Positions 51,290 through 64,000 of a DNA stretch of 64,000 nt are shown piece by piece (within the stretch, counting starts at the first letter, position 1; each line of letters begins with the position of its first letter). Made by a program: the position numbers and the translations under genes. The notes below the pieces were generated by a model. The model did no database searches. It had not been told where the DNA came from and was given only the letters and a program-made list of their open reading frames with translations. The stretch lies in the NCBI GenBank assembly GCA_030264375.1, contig JASCQW010000043.1:39962268-40026267 (forward strand), written 5' to 3'. The stretch comes from Carcharhinus longimanus. Lineage: Eukaryota.

Positions 51290-52620
51290 AAGTGACGGTA
51301 CTGCCGGCAAGTTTTTTTTGGAGGGGGGGGGGGGGTGGAAGAGGGGGGCCGGGATGAAGCTTGTCCAGCCCCTCTGGCGGAGACGTGGTCTGAAAATCAA
51401 ATAACTTCCCCATTTCTTTTGTTGCTGATGAACTGAAGCCCTATTGTTCATTCTTTGCATGATCTGATTTTTTTTTGTGTGTGGAAGGGCCATTCCCAGA
51501 ATACGCCGTGCCTTCTCTCATTTGGCGAATAATGTATTTCTTCAAACCGCCTCCCCACCCCACCCCCCTCCCCAAGTCCAACACACACACATACACAGAC
51601 CCTGCCTGACAGACACAACAAATGAGAATTTACTTGAATAGAGCCAAGAGCGGACAAGAAACTCCCTTGTTTTTTTTAGGAAAAAACATATTTTCGCGTG
51701 TGTGTATGTGTGTGTGGGGAGTTAACAGGCCCGCCGGGAAGTTCACGTGTTTACGCCCCATCATTACGATTTTAATTGCTGAACTTTTTCCCTCTTTCAA
51801 AGAGCACCGAGTCCTTTTTCTCCCCCACACAAGAACTCCAGACATTGATCGTTGTCCTTCCGATAGTTGTGGCGAGCCCAGAGGCTTCGAGTTCGCACTT
51901 GGCGCTCTTCAGCCGCTTTGCTTTGTCTTCTCTCCGCCTCCCCCCCCCCCCCACCCTGCACACACAAACCGCATAGAGTTTTCTGTTTTGCTTCTTTAAT
52001 ATAGTTTTATTCAGTTAGTTCTCCCTCCACCACTCTCTTCGTAGCCGACAAAGAAATAAAGTCAAAACAAAACATTTTCTTTTTTTTAAACAAAATAGAT
52101 TTAAAAATCTGTAAACTCCTGACTGTGATACTTTGGTCGCCTCCCCCTCCCGCTCTTCGGGAAAGTACATCAGTAGTGGACTAAGGAGCAAGATTCCTGC
52201 GACGGGGAGGCGCTGCTGCTCTGCCGTTCCAGCCTAGGCACCCAGACTGGGCGAATAAAAAAAAAGGCAGGCCGGATTTTCCCGCCACCGCCAGCTATTC
52301 ATTCCTGTGGCGGGAATAATCTTTCACTCGCCGTCTTAGGCAAACGGACATTTTTATTTTCCCCCTCACCACCGCCAAAAATAAAAAAAAGACCAGGAAT
52401 TTCTCCAGCTTTTGTTTTTTGTTTCGCTCTGCTTCCCTCCCCTCCTCCCCCAGTATACATCTAAGAGGAAGCGAAGCCAGTGATATAACTTGGAGATGCT
52501 TCACTGAAGGATTTTCCAAGAGTCTGTGGTTTTTTTTACACACACACAGCACGCCCAGTGTATCGGCGAGGTCACGTCTGCCTACGTCACGTTAAAGTGT
52601 ACGTCTGGCAACATTTCACA
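51290..52620 (-). promoter_or_regulatory. GC/CpG-rich putative promoter region of the miR-9 host lncRNA
   Basis: Raised GC and CpG with G/C runs, a SOX site CTATTGTT (51441), a CACGTG E-box (51744) and a CRE-half TACGTCA (52583). It lies 7-9 kb upstream of the hairpin on the transcribed strand. Confidence 0.5.
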
Positions 52621-55600
52621 TGAAATTATTANNNNNNNNNNNNNNNNNNNNNNNNNNNNNNNNNNNNNNNNNNNNNNNNNNNNNNNNNNNNNNNNNNNNN
52701 NNNNNNNNNNNNNNNNNNNNNNNNNNNNNNNGCAACAAGACAAATATGCAAATAGCCAGCTTATTGTCTGACTGCAACAGAATTGATGGCGTCGTCCCAA
52801 TTTATATTTTCTAAGCCTTCGTTTTTTTGTGCTTTCCAATAAGAAGACTGTGAGAATAAAGCGTGCAGGAATTTATATATATAGGGACACTGGAGAAATA
52901 TCCCTGCGTAATAACGCCGGTGGTGCGCCATCACCTCTGCTGTTGGCTGTAACGTGTGCGTTATTTTTAATATGTATATCTCTGTAAGTGTTTATTCACT
53001 TTTTTTATTTTACCGAAGCTATTGACCGAAAAGGTCTGTTTCTACATAAATATTCCAATGTATTATTGCTCCTTAAAAAAACGCTATGTAAAGGCTACTT
53101 TTGTACTTAAATAGGTCATTCGTTTGGGCTTACGTTAAAATTAGCTCGTTGGAATCCTGTATACATATGTATGATTTCAACAGCTACCGCTTCAACGCGA
53201 TTTTGAATATGCATGTGTACACTTTAATGTCTGACATACTGATTTTACATAGCAAAGAATTTTACATTTGCCTAAACATTTATAATAAATTGGATGGATT
53301 CTTGTTCTGGTTAAATAACAATTATTGCTTGTTACGGATATCAAAATATCATGCCTTAATTTCAATGCCCATATTTGAAACTGCCTTTAAGGTTTCTTTG
53401 AGTGTGCCAGGAATATTTTGTTTTCCCATTCGTGCATATTTCCATCGATTTAAATATTTAAAACAAAACTATTAGCATCTTGTACAGTCAATGAGCCCCA
53501 ACTCATAATCAACAATGTGCCTGGCAGCCTTGCCCTTCTGATTATACACAAAGGATACAAATTAAGATTTGATATATAGAGGGCAGGTGTTTCATATTTT
53601 TAGTCATACATAGGCATTTCCTTGCTCTTATACAATCCACACAGCATATGATAGCAGCATTTTTAAAAAAATGTATAATTCGTGCACCCTAAAAATTATG
53701 CCTGGTAAATATTAACTCATTACTCACCGGTGTGTTTCTAACAGCTGTCACTCAATGCTTACATGTTCCTCATCATTTTTTAATGGAACTGTATTTGCAG
53801 AATCTGTGGCAACATACGTATTTAAAATGTTTTAGTGAACAAATATGCTTATACACCAAACGTATTTCATATTTATCACGAGATAGCAATCAGATGTGTA
53901 CCATTTCCTAGTGTTGGTTAGAATGTATGACTTAAAACTTTAAATTAGTAGAATTACCAGACTCTCGTAGAAGGAGTGCCTGTGCTGACAATTAGTTGCA
54001 ATGTTTTTTTTACACTCATGATCTTATAGACTCCAACTGTAGTTTTGCCTTCACGCATACGCCAACAATTTTCGATCGTGCATTTCTTTCCTAGTGCGAT
54101 CCTACAAAGCGATTTGAATAATTGCCCAATTCTAATTGTGCTTGCTTCATACTCACTGCACGGGTTAGTTTGCAATGGTGTATATTTACTATGATCTCTT
54201 TTGTCTTATTTTGATGAATCATTTGGAGTAATATTCGTAGGGGGCGCCGTGAAATTAAACTGCTCTGATAATATGGAACTTGAACAGTTTATGCTTTATT
54301 AAAACTGATAAACGCTTCCGAACCCAATTTCGCAGTGGAATTATTTACATTGAAAACGTGTCGGTATTAATATTACATTTCTGCACACCAACCTATTGTG
54401 CAATTAACGTTGGGTTGAGTGCATTTAAATACATCCTTATATTTAACACTTGACTTCAAACGCTTTTATTATGGCCAATTGTGCACAACTCGCCTTACCT
54501 GTACATTTCAGAGCCAATGCGTAATTCTACACCGCACAGCAGTTTAGGAACTCATAAACTACTTAACGTTTTGACTCATAACATGTTTACATTTAATTGT
54601 GTAACATTAATCAAATGAATAAATTTATATAAAGTTATATACTCTAAGAGGTCTCTGCGATTTATTCGGTTGCTGTATACGTTCGATAGATTTAACAAGT
54701 AGATGAGCTGAGTCATAATACTCAAAGACCAACGCACTTCGACTTGTATAGCATACAGTACAGCTGTTTATTTATTGGCATATTATTATTTTATCGTGAA
54801 AATAAAGCACAATTTGTTATATGCACCTATGTACAAACTGTTGTTTTATCGAGCTTTTTCATCCAGTCAACTAATTTCCATTTAACTAAGAACGATTGCT
54901 AATAGTATGTATTTTAAAGTATTGTAACATTATCACTAAACATTCTTATTTGTTGGCATCCACAGTGACAATTTTTTAAAAAATGTACATCACTTTTCCT
55001 CCAGTGCGTTTTATTTTAGCTTTCACTACTTTCGGTACCCTCGCCCACATTCGCCACCAGCAGTTCAGCTTGCACGTTCAGACGTTACAATTACCCTGAG
55101 TTATCTTTCACAAAATGGCATTGGTACAGAATAGCTTGTCTTGCAAACAATGCTAGAAATTCCAATCAGAAGCTATACTTCTGTAGATTTTTGGCAAGGT
55201 CCTAAACAATGTCAGCCACGGTGCACAACAGGTTACACTCACATCCGATTTAGTAGACGCTGATGTTATTATTTTGGCAAATTGAAGCACATGGAGTCTT
55301 GGTAGTAATTCTGCAACTTGGGAATTAATTTGAGTTAACATATAAACCGTCCGCTTACTTTCTCTTTCAATATGTTGAAATAATAATTGAATGTGTCGTA
55401 AACAAACAAGGCGACAAAGTATCATTGATGTTAATATTTTAGAAGTAGATTATTAACCAAAATCTTATCCACGAATCCATTATGTAATTATCAGATAACA
55501 CCAAGTCAACTGCCTGACGATTTTTTTCCAGGTTTTCAATAATTATTGAATATTTAAACAAAATTGACACTAAGTTGTCACAAGAAGGTTGGCGGTATAA

Positions 55601-58600
55601 TGTAATAAACAAATTAATATTGTCGGGTTTTCACTAAACGAAAAGCTCGTGGAATTTATAGGTGTAATTCCGCAATATTCGGAAGCTTCAGTGGATCAGA
55701 CTGAACCAAAGTCTTAATTATTATACGGTAACAGTAATATATTCAGTTTATTCCATCATTGTTACTCCATAGAATTGCTATAATAAAAAAAGGATTTCAC
55801 AAAATGTGATTTAGAAATATACTAACATACTTTTAAATCACTTTTTATATTTTGAGCTTTTAATGATAAAGGCAGCATCATACAAATGTTAAATATATCG
55901 TGTATTCTATTTTATATAGTAATTTTCTATGTACGACATGAAATAAAACATTGCCACTTATTTGAAAATTCGTATCAACTTTGCTAGATATCCTTATTGA
56001 AACATACACACAACAAATATCATTTTCCATTCAAATAATAGTGATAGAATATATTTATAATGATGCAACACTGATTATATACACTTGTGTGCATCAAAAC
56101 GTGTTAATTGCAACATGTATAAACGCAAACGACAGTCGTATTTCCATAATTTGCATTTGACATAAACATGGCGGATATTTAAAAAAAATCAATAAAAGAG
56201 TAAATGCTGCAAAGAAGTCTAATTTAAGCGAGTAAATAAAAAAGCACCTTGCATAGAAACATGAAAAACTGGTATCACCTTGATATGATTTGTCGAGCGA
56301 ATGGGCGGCGCCAGCAGTGGAAGGGCGACATCTTCTGGCAGCATCTCCTTTCTACTTATGCAACAGACAGATGCAGTGATTTTGCTCTTCACACCGAAAA
56401 GCCAATGGTAGCAAAAGGTGTTTTCCAAACAGCTTGTAAAACCAAAAACAAAGAGAGCAACATAAAAAGAAGTCCACTGTGAACAATCAACAACGTTTTG
56501 GAAGCGAAGGAGCTGTCAATGAAGGCTGTATATAAGTTGCAACTAACCATAAACATAACATATGTAATATTTCTGAATCCCGCCACCTGATACTTTCGTT
56601 TAAAATTTACATGCAGTGCGCATATATTTGGAACATGTCAACATAAATGACTTCGACATTATTAATTCAGAATGTGAGCAATAAAGCGCACAGCCCATTA
56701 AGGAAGCTGAAGCATACAGAACGAAAAAAAACGTTAGGGTAATACTTGACGTTACAGTCCGTTGTTAGTGCAATAAAACCTGTTCCATTTGTAGATTACA
56801 TTTGTGCAATAATGCATTAATATACATAACATGGAGTCCACTTCCTCGTTATGAGCTACATTTTATCGACCTACGTGAATATTCATCAGTCATAATTTCC
56901 AAAATAACGCCAAAGACTATACTTTCGAAATATCCCCCTTTGCCCGTGCGCTTATGTAGAGGGGATGGAATATTTCTAGGCAATGAAAGACAACACTGAG
57001 GGGAAAGAAACAGAAGAAAGGTGACATAGTGTACTGCATCTTTCCGTAGATTGACCATACGTATATTTGTCAAACCTCAAAATAGAACTTCTGTCTAATG
57101 TCTTGATTATATTGCATATGCAGTCTATAATGTTTCTAATGCAATTATGCCATTCATTGTAAATGGTGATTGTGACAAATATATTTCAAAACGCAATAGA
57201 CGTGGTTGAATTTAGATGTAAAGTACAGAAGAATATTAAAATTATAGTATTTAAACTTGACTTCTAAAGTGTCTTGTTTAAATACATATCCTTATATATA
57301 TATCTGCAAAGTAATAAACGATTTGCTGAGCTAGTATTGTTATTTTTCCCATTGCAAATTGTTTGGAGCGACTGTAACTGTCGGCAAGAAATTGTAATTT
57401 TATATATTGAGAACAAAACAAAAGATGTGGGTTGTCAATAAGCTTTCAAAAAGGTGAATTGGTTCTGTTAGCTACAAGTTTAAGAAATACTATCAGCATT
57501 TTTTCTTCACAAGTTATCTTTAAAACAGGTAATTTCTACATCTTAAAGATTAATCATTGCACGAATATCCGTTCTTAAAATTATTAAGATGTTTTGTAAT
57601 TGGAATTCAAATAAGTGCTCCTCTTAAGATCAAACCAATATTATTTTTAAGAATCGTATCTTTTATATAAACGCAGTTATTTTCAGTTACATAAAAACAT
57701 TGCTTCAAGTTTTATAACAAACATATTTCATTGTGCAAAGTCAAGGGAACATAGCAGGCCTAGTTCTATTAGGTTTCACAGCCTTAAAGGTTATTGCGTT
57801 CAAAATGTCCACTGATAGGTAAATTGACACGCTGTTTAGGTTTTTAAAAAGAAATTTTTCCATTCCTTTCCATTAGCGCGAAATGTCTCAACTTTCATCT
57901 TGGGGTACATTTGGTTCAATAGAAAATGCACGCAGAGAAAATCAAAAGGAAATCGAGATTAAAATACATTAGAAATGCAAGTGTATTGAATCAAATATCA
58001 ATATTTACCCAAATAAAAATCCTAGGATTTGCAGTAAACCGCACTTCAAGCTCAGGTTTAATTTACCTGCATTGTAATTTTATACAAACTATTAAATATT
58101 GTTAGGATTTGTGCTCCATTTGCTAAACATGTCTTCGTTGTTTTATAAAGTATAGAATAAAAATGCAGCTTCAAGGTTTATAAAACAGTAATTCCGGCCA
58201 TATACTGTAATGCTGGAATCAGTTAGCCATTGTTAGTGCATACTAAATATTCATGTTGGGGTGAGAAAAAAGCGTCGAGTTCCAGCCCCTTTACTTACTG
58301 TGCAACGCAAAGCGGCCCCTGGGCTCTAACCTCAGTCTCAGAACACTGCAAGTAACTGAAATTCTGCCCGATCCCCTGTCTGGGATCATATATTCGTGAT
58401 CTGCAGAGACAACGACAAATAGTTTGAACGTTAGCCAAAAGACAATTTCACCAGCAAATCGGTAAAACGTGACGTTCGCTACTTTCGGCTATTTAACTCT
58501 GCACAGACCTGAAAGTTGACCAACGGATCTCAAAGTACAAAAGACTATCTGTTTGAAATCGTCCCCTTACTGTTAGACTTATTAGCAATGCAGACGTTGT

Positions 58601-61600
58601 AAACGGTGGGAAAATTGATGGAATTTTTGTACAATTTACTTTCCTGTTTAGCATTCGGAAACCACAACACACAGACTAAAGCTCCCCCACGCCCCGCCAC
58701 CGCCCCCTCCCCCCACAATAAAGGCCTTTCTTAATATCACTCAAATATAATTTGCGATAGACGTGTCACTGCTGAAATGCCACATATTAAAATACGCACA
58801 GTTAAACATCATTTTAGTAATCAGGGCTTCATATATTTTGGATTTTTCGACCACTTTGTACATTTTAAGTGCGGTAGACACGCAACACCGAACTTTAAAA
58901 GCATCTACAAAACACTGGATGTTACAGATCAGCACAAAAGGAGTCAGGCGGAGTTTTGGCAGAACAGATATGAATTTTCCTTTTTTCTTACAATTTTTAC
59001 TTAAACCCTTAAAACTGAAAGTTTAGTTTTAAACTTGTTTTTACATTTCGGTTACTTCAGAGTACAATGCATTGCTTTGTATAAGATTCGCTTGTTACCT
59101 GTACCAGATTTCCAATTGCCTTCTGGGAATAAATGCATAAAAGTCCACGTGTGCTCTAAATAAATGCAGAAGGACACACCTTTTAAAATGATTACAATCT
59201 GCTCTTAAAAGACATGCCTCGTGTCATACTCTTGCATACCTATAGTCATGATGAGATATTACTCCGCATCTTTCACATAAATTATTTATCGCATGACTAC
59301 ATAATAAATAGGCTTGGGCAATTTGTAGTCAAACAGACCCCTATTAAATTATTTTGGCCAAAGTGATTGGTTTTCAGTGTGACGAACAATCACAAAAAAA
59401 GTCACGATTTGCATGAATAGAAGGGGCATCGAGGTCAAGAAATGTGGCAAGGCATACAATTATTAAACATTTTACAAAGTTTCTCCCTCAGGTTAATTCA
59501 CTTTATCGCAATAAATAGCATCCGGTGTCGAATAACTCTTTTATTTGAAAATGCATTGTGTATTGTTTATGTAAGGGGATTTATGACCAACTTCGAACAT
59601 AGCATAATAGCACGTAAGCAATGTATATGTCAAAACTTTATGGGACTGCGTCGAATCTATAGAATAACAATATTGTGAACTATTTCTCTTTGAAATATCG
59701 GACTTTTTGTTTGGGCGCAAGTGCAACAAGGAAACTTTGCAACTTAGAGCGAAAACAAAATCAATTCGCCTCCATCTCAAACAATATCAAACTCTACTGA
59801 TCGCTGGATATTATGCATCAATATCACACTTCAATGTTCCTTCAAAATATACGCTTTTGACCTATCTGTATTCGATTTATAAGGGCTATTCAGAATGCGT
59901 AGATCAGAGGGAAATAACTTAAGGGAAAACAAACAAAATAAATTCCATTTTATAAGGGCATCCCGACTTGTTGGAACTCGCTGTCAATACTTTGGTTCCC
60001 CAGTAGAAGTTCATTTGATGACAGTATTTTGAGATATTTCTTGCCCATTAGTGACGATTTTAGCAGCGTTTTAACAAAGAAGATATTCAAACAATCGAGT
60101 GGCTTTTAAAGGGACAAGAAAGCATGTTTAGATTAGTTAACAAATGCATGTTTTGATAGACGCCATTTCACAAATATACATGTCATCAGTGTTGGCTTAA
60201 ATGGAAAACGAAATGTACAGAATACTGTGTTCAATCTTTGGCACTGCATATCTTATTTCGAAATGCCTGAAATAATCGAACAAGCTGAAGAATCATTCAT
60301 TATTTTCCCTTTAAAAGTATACCATTATCCCGATACGTGTATTAATGTTGATCGAGGGTGCAGAGGAATGCTTCAGTGTTCCTGATCCTTAGAATGCTGA
60401 TTTTAAAACCTTCCAGTGTTTAATAACCATGTGGTACTGTTTCCACACTCGCAAAAGAGGGCCGGCCAACTCTATGGCAATATTTTCCAATTTTTTGACC
60501 AGAAAATGTAAATTTTCGTTACGTCTGAGACTTAACACGAAATGTACTCTTCATTGACTCATTTTAGATGAACTAATTTTGTCTTTAGGGTAAGACAGGT
60601 AATTTCAAATTCATATTTAAAAATCTGCATGTTTCTAATTATTTCCTTATAATGCCAACATTCAAGAAGCTTTATGAATTAAAAATTAGATACAAATTAA
60701 TATAACTGTTGTTGAACCAATATTTAAAAAAAATTGATTAATTTGATGTCCCATTTTCTAACTTTCACTTTAAAATAAGTTGCCATTGGTGGGTCATTGC
60801 ACAAATTAGACCGCTTTAAGGGTTCATTATTTTTACAGGCAGAGGTACGTGAAATTAGGTTATAACATGTTACAAGCCACGCTCAATACTCATACATCTC
60901 ACAAAAGAAAGTAACAGCATCGACTACAACGGGAATTCAACAAGGTGCGGGTTATTTTGCTTCAAGGAACTTCATTTTATCAATTAAGCAGATTGTATAA
61001 GACACCATCGATGCAGTTCAGAATATTTAAAATAACATATTCAAAAGTTATAACTTTTCCGAGTAGTAGTGAACTTAAATATAACTCTGTACTCTGGAGT
61101 TTTGAGCATGAGAGGCATTGAACAGCAATTTAATCCAATGAAGGAAATGCTTAGAAAAATACAAAGCAGCACCATCAACTATGTGGATAGTTTACTTCAA
61201 AACTACTTAGACTTTTTAAAATGTAATAAGCGGAGCCACGGCCACCGCGCGCTGATTAATCGAAATACAAAAGCGCATTGCGATGGGTTAATACTATATT
61301 CGAAAAAAGTGTTCTCGTTTCCATATCTTAAAATAGGACGTGGCGCATAACATTTTCAGCGACTGGCAATATATCTTCAGATTAACAGAGAAGTTCAATG
61401 CGATGCTGATGTTTACAAATATTGCAGGATACCCATGTCTATAAAGAGAGCCCTTTTTTTGTAGAAGTGGTTGAGATTTAACGATAGAATCAATGGCAAA
61501 TAACAATCAGATTATCTGGGACTCAAATTAGCTGGGAGAGGGTCTCTACATTTAGAAACCTGGGTGAACGACAGTGGAAGGCATCACAGGGGTTGAAAAA

Positions 61601-64000
61601 TGTAGTTGGAACGATAGGATAAATTAAGTCGTAGTTAATGATATCAAATTCGGACTTTAAGATACATATAAGTTGTCACAGGAAGTGAAGTCCGAATAAA
61701 GATGTCCACCGCTTTGAAATTTTGAGAACGAATACGCCAGAAGAGGGGGAAAAAATCAAGATTTGCGCAACAATAATAATAAGTACACAGTTGGTACAAT
61801 AGATCTCTTCATTATTAATAGGGGTGACTGGAGAACAAGTGTCTTCCATAATATAATGATACCAAGAAACAAAGTAACTTAAAGCCTAAAGAATGGCAGA
61901 GTGAGGAGTTAAGAACTATAGAGGGACAGTGTTATAAGAACTTGATGCAATGTAGCCTGTAATGTGTCACGTGAGCGCTGAGCTGAAATTTTACGATTTA
62001 AGATTTCAGCTAACAGGACTTGCCACAGCAGGCAAGGGATACAATTTAATACATTTTTTGGAATATTAGTGCCATAAAGTGAAATATAATCAGCATAATT
62101 GAGCGCATACAGTACTCCGTGTAACAAATATTTTCTATCGTTAATAATAATTCATGGTGCAACATATACTGGAACATGAAATATACAACCCATGCGAGGA
62201 CACACATAAACAGCAGTGTCTTAGAAAATAGTTGGTGTAGTTACTATTGGGTGGTTTCTATCATACTAAACGCTAAATGATCCCCTAAAGGACAAAATGT
62301 TTAACTTCCAATGCCAATAATGAATATTATGGTCATATATGGTGAGCTTAATCTTGTATTTCGATTCACATGCCACCATTGTGGAAAATCTTAACAGCAA
62401 CGGAAAATATTGAGGCAAATGAAATAAACCGACGGACTCTTATGGGACGGAGTCAGCAATGAATCCCGCCCACCCCAATCGCTCAACATGTTTTGAATTT
62501 TCCTTTCGCAAGTAAAATGGGCAACGCTTTTAAAAATGTATAATGTCGAATAGATCTTTAATACTTCATAGAACTTTTGTTTTGAAAGGTTGCAAATGCA
62601 AAGGCAAAACTGTCTTATCACGAGGATGTACAGTGGGGAATTTAAAAAGTGCTTTCATTGAGTGGATTAAGGTGACATTCAATATTATTCCAGCGATTAT
62701 ACACGACATTAATATTCTTAGAACAAAATCAAAAGTCAGTGTAAGTTGTGAAATATTTGGTTAGCTGACAAGTTAAAAAAACACATTTGTACCAAAAGTA
62801 TTACTTTTACCTTTTATATGTCGGTTTTGATGGGAGAACTTTAATATCCACTTTGAATTTTAAAAAAAGCTGCGAAAGGATAGTTGTCATCACTAGAGTA
62901 AAGTTTTCTTCAAACACTGGAATAGTTTCTGTATTTTCTTTAGGAACATGTTTTTTTTTACTGGAATAGATTGTGTAACATTAATATTTTCCCGGAATTT
63001 TAAGGTTTAGTTTGACACATTGGCGGGAAGGAATAGAAATTCTAAAGTGTAACAAATATAAATCGATTATTTAGCGATCTCTAGCGGTGGAACAGAGTAA
63101 AGACTGGAAGGTGTGGACATACATAAATTGCAGACAGATACAGCAGCTTGATTGACTTAGCAAGGCACGACATTGTGGCGAACACAATTTTACCTTGCTT
63201 TAAAAACATTCTCATATTTTTCTCCGTTACTTAAACAATTGACTACGTGCAGCACCGCTCGGTATGTAATTAGAGTGCAAAAGCAGCTAAAATATATACG
63301 CACGTACTAAATTCTAACTTACAGAAGGGTGAAGATCTAATACAATTGAAAATGATTAATAAAGAATACGTCAAAACATTGTCATGATTGTGGAATATGT
63401 GTGAAATATTTAACTAACAAATGTTATAATTAGTCTCAATAAGCCTTAACTCAAAGAATAGCGAGCCACGCCAAACATTATCAGGGCAGAGGACAAAGGA
63501 GGGGAATGGAAAATGGAAACGATCCATAATAAGAGCCAAGTGTCAAATAAATTAACAAAATAATACGTGTCTGTTGAATTTGCTGATCATGGAGTACATC
63601 GATAAGAACATAGCCCACTAGTTTTCTCTAAACAGTTGGAAATTCTTGCGAGGAGTCGGGAATTTATGGATGAAGGCGTGTTGACATATAATAACTTATG
63701 TTTACGAATGTTACAATTTGACAGAGGTTATTCTCTGCTTATTACAACTACATAGAACGAGAAAAAAAATCGTTTCAACAGACTTTACTGTGTGCTTTTA
63801 AAAGTGGAATAGCGAAAGCCAGTTAGTCATGATGGACTTACATGTAGGTAAGTCCAGTGGTAGTAACAGTACTAATGCCTCTGTTAAAGTACTGCACTGT
63901 GTGCAATATGGTCTCTTCACTCCAGGTTGATATGTAGCGAATACAATACAACTCACTGGGCTGCTGCCTAGTATATGAAAACATTACCATAAAATTGCTT

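Noticed and set aside
63833-63856. 9-bp hairpin giving GTAAGT donors on both strands
   Set aside because: No associated exon evidence; plausible by chance.
1-64000. CRISPR arrays, tRNA/rRNA genes, MEF2C or TMEM161B exons
   Set aside because: There is no repeat-spacer structure, the tRNA-like boxes all belong to SINE heads, and I recognised no host coding exons.

Overview
Vertebrate genomic DNA, almost certainly from a cartilaginous fish (shark). The evidence is the HE1/V-SINEs, CR1/HER1-type LINE ends and shark-type Harbinger and Penelope relics. I found no intact host protein-coding gene; the ORF track consists of decayed transposon frames, low-complexity frames and gap-spanning artefacts. 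The window has two compartments. From 1 to ~37.5 kb it is a CpG-poor graveyard of nested transposons (a Gypsy LTR element, CR1 and L2 LINEs, about ten tRNA-derived SINEs, Harbinger relics and MITEs, and Penelope-like ends), with one TE-free, POU/SOX-motif-rich island at ~27.6-30.1 kb. From ~37.5 to 64 kb it is essentially transposon-free and retains CpG. That part is centred on a minus-strand miR-9 hairpin (43902-43989) whose flanks best match the mir-9-2 paralogue, the LINC00461/MEF2C-linked locus in mammals. Beyond the miRNA, the most notable signals are an apparently intact minimal hammerhead ribozyme in a Penelope-like end flanked by a >=77-bp direct duplication, and a second, decayed hammerhead family at both inverted ends of a short element. 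Family assignments come from recognising motifs by eye, not from database searches.
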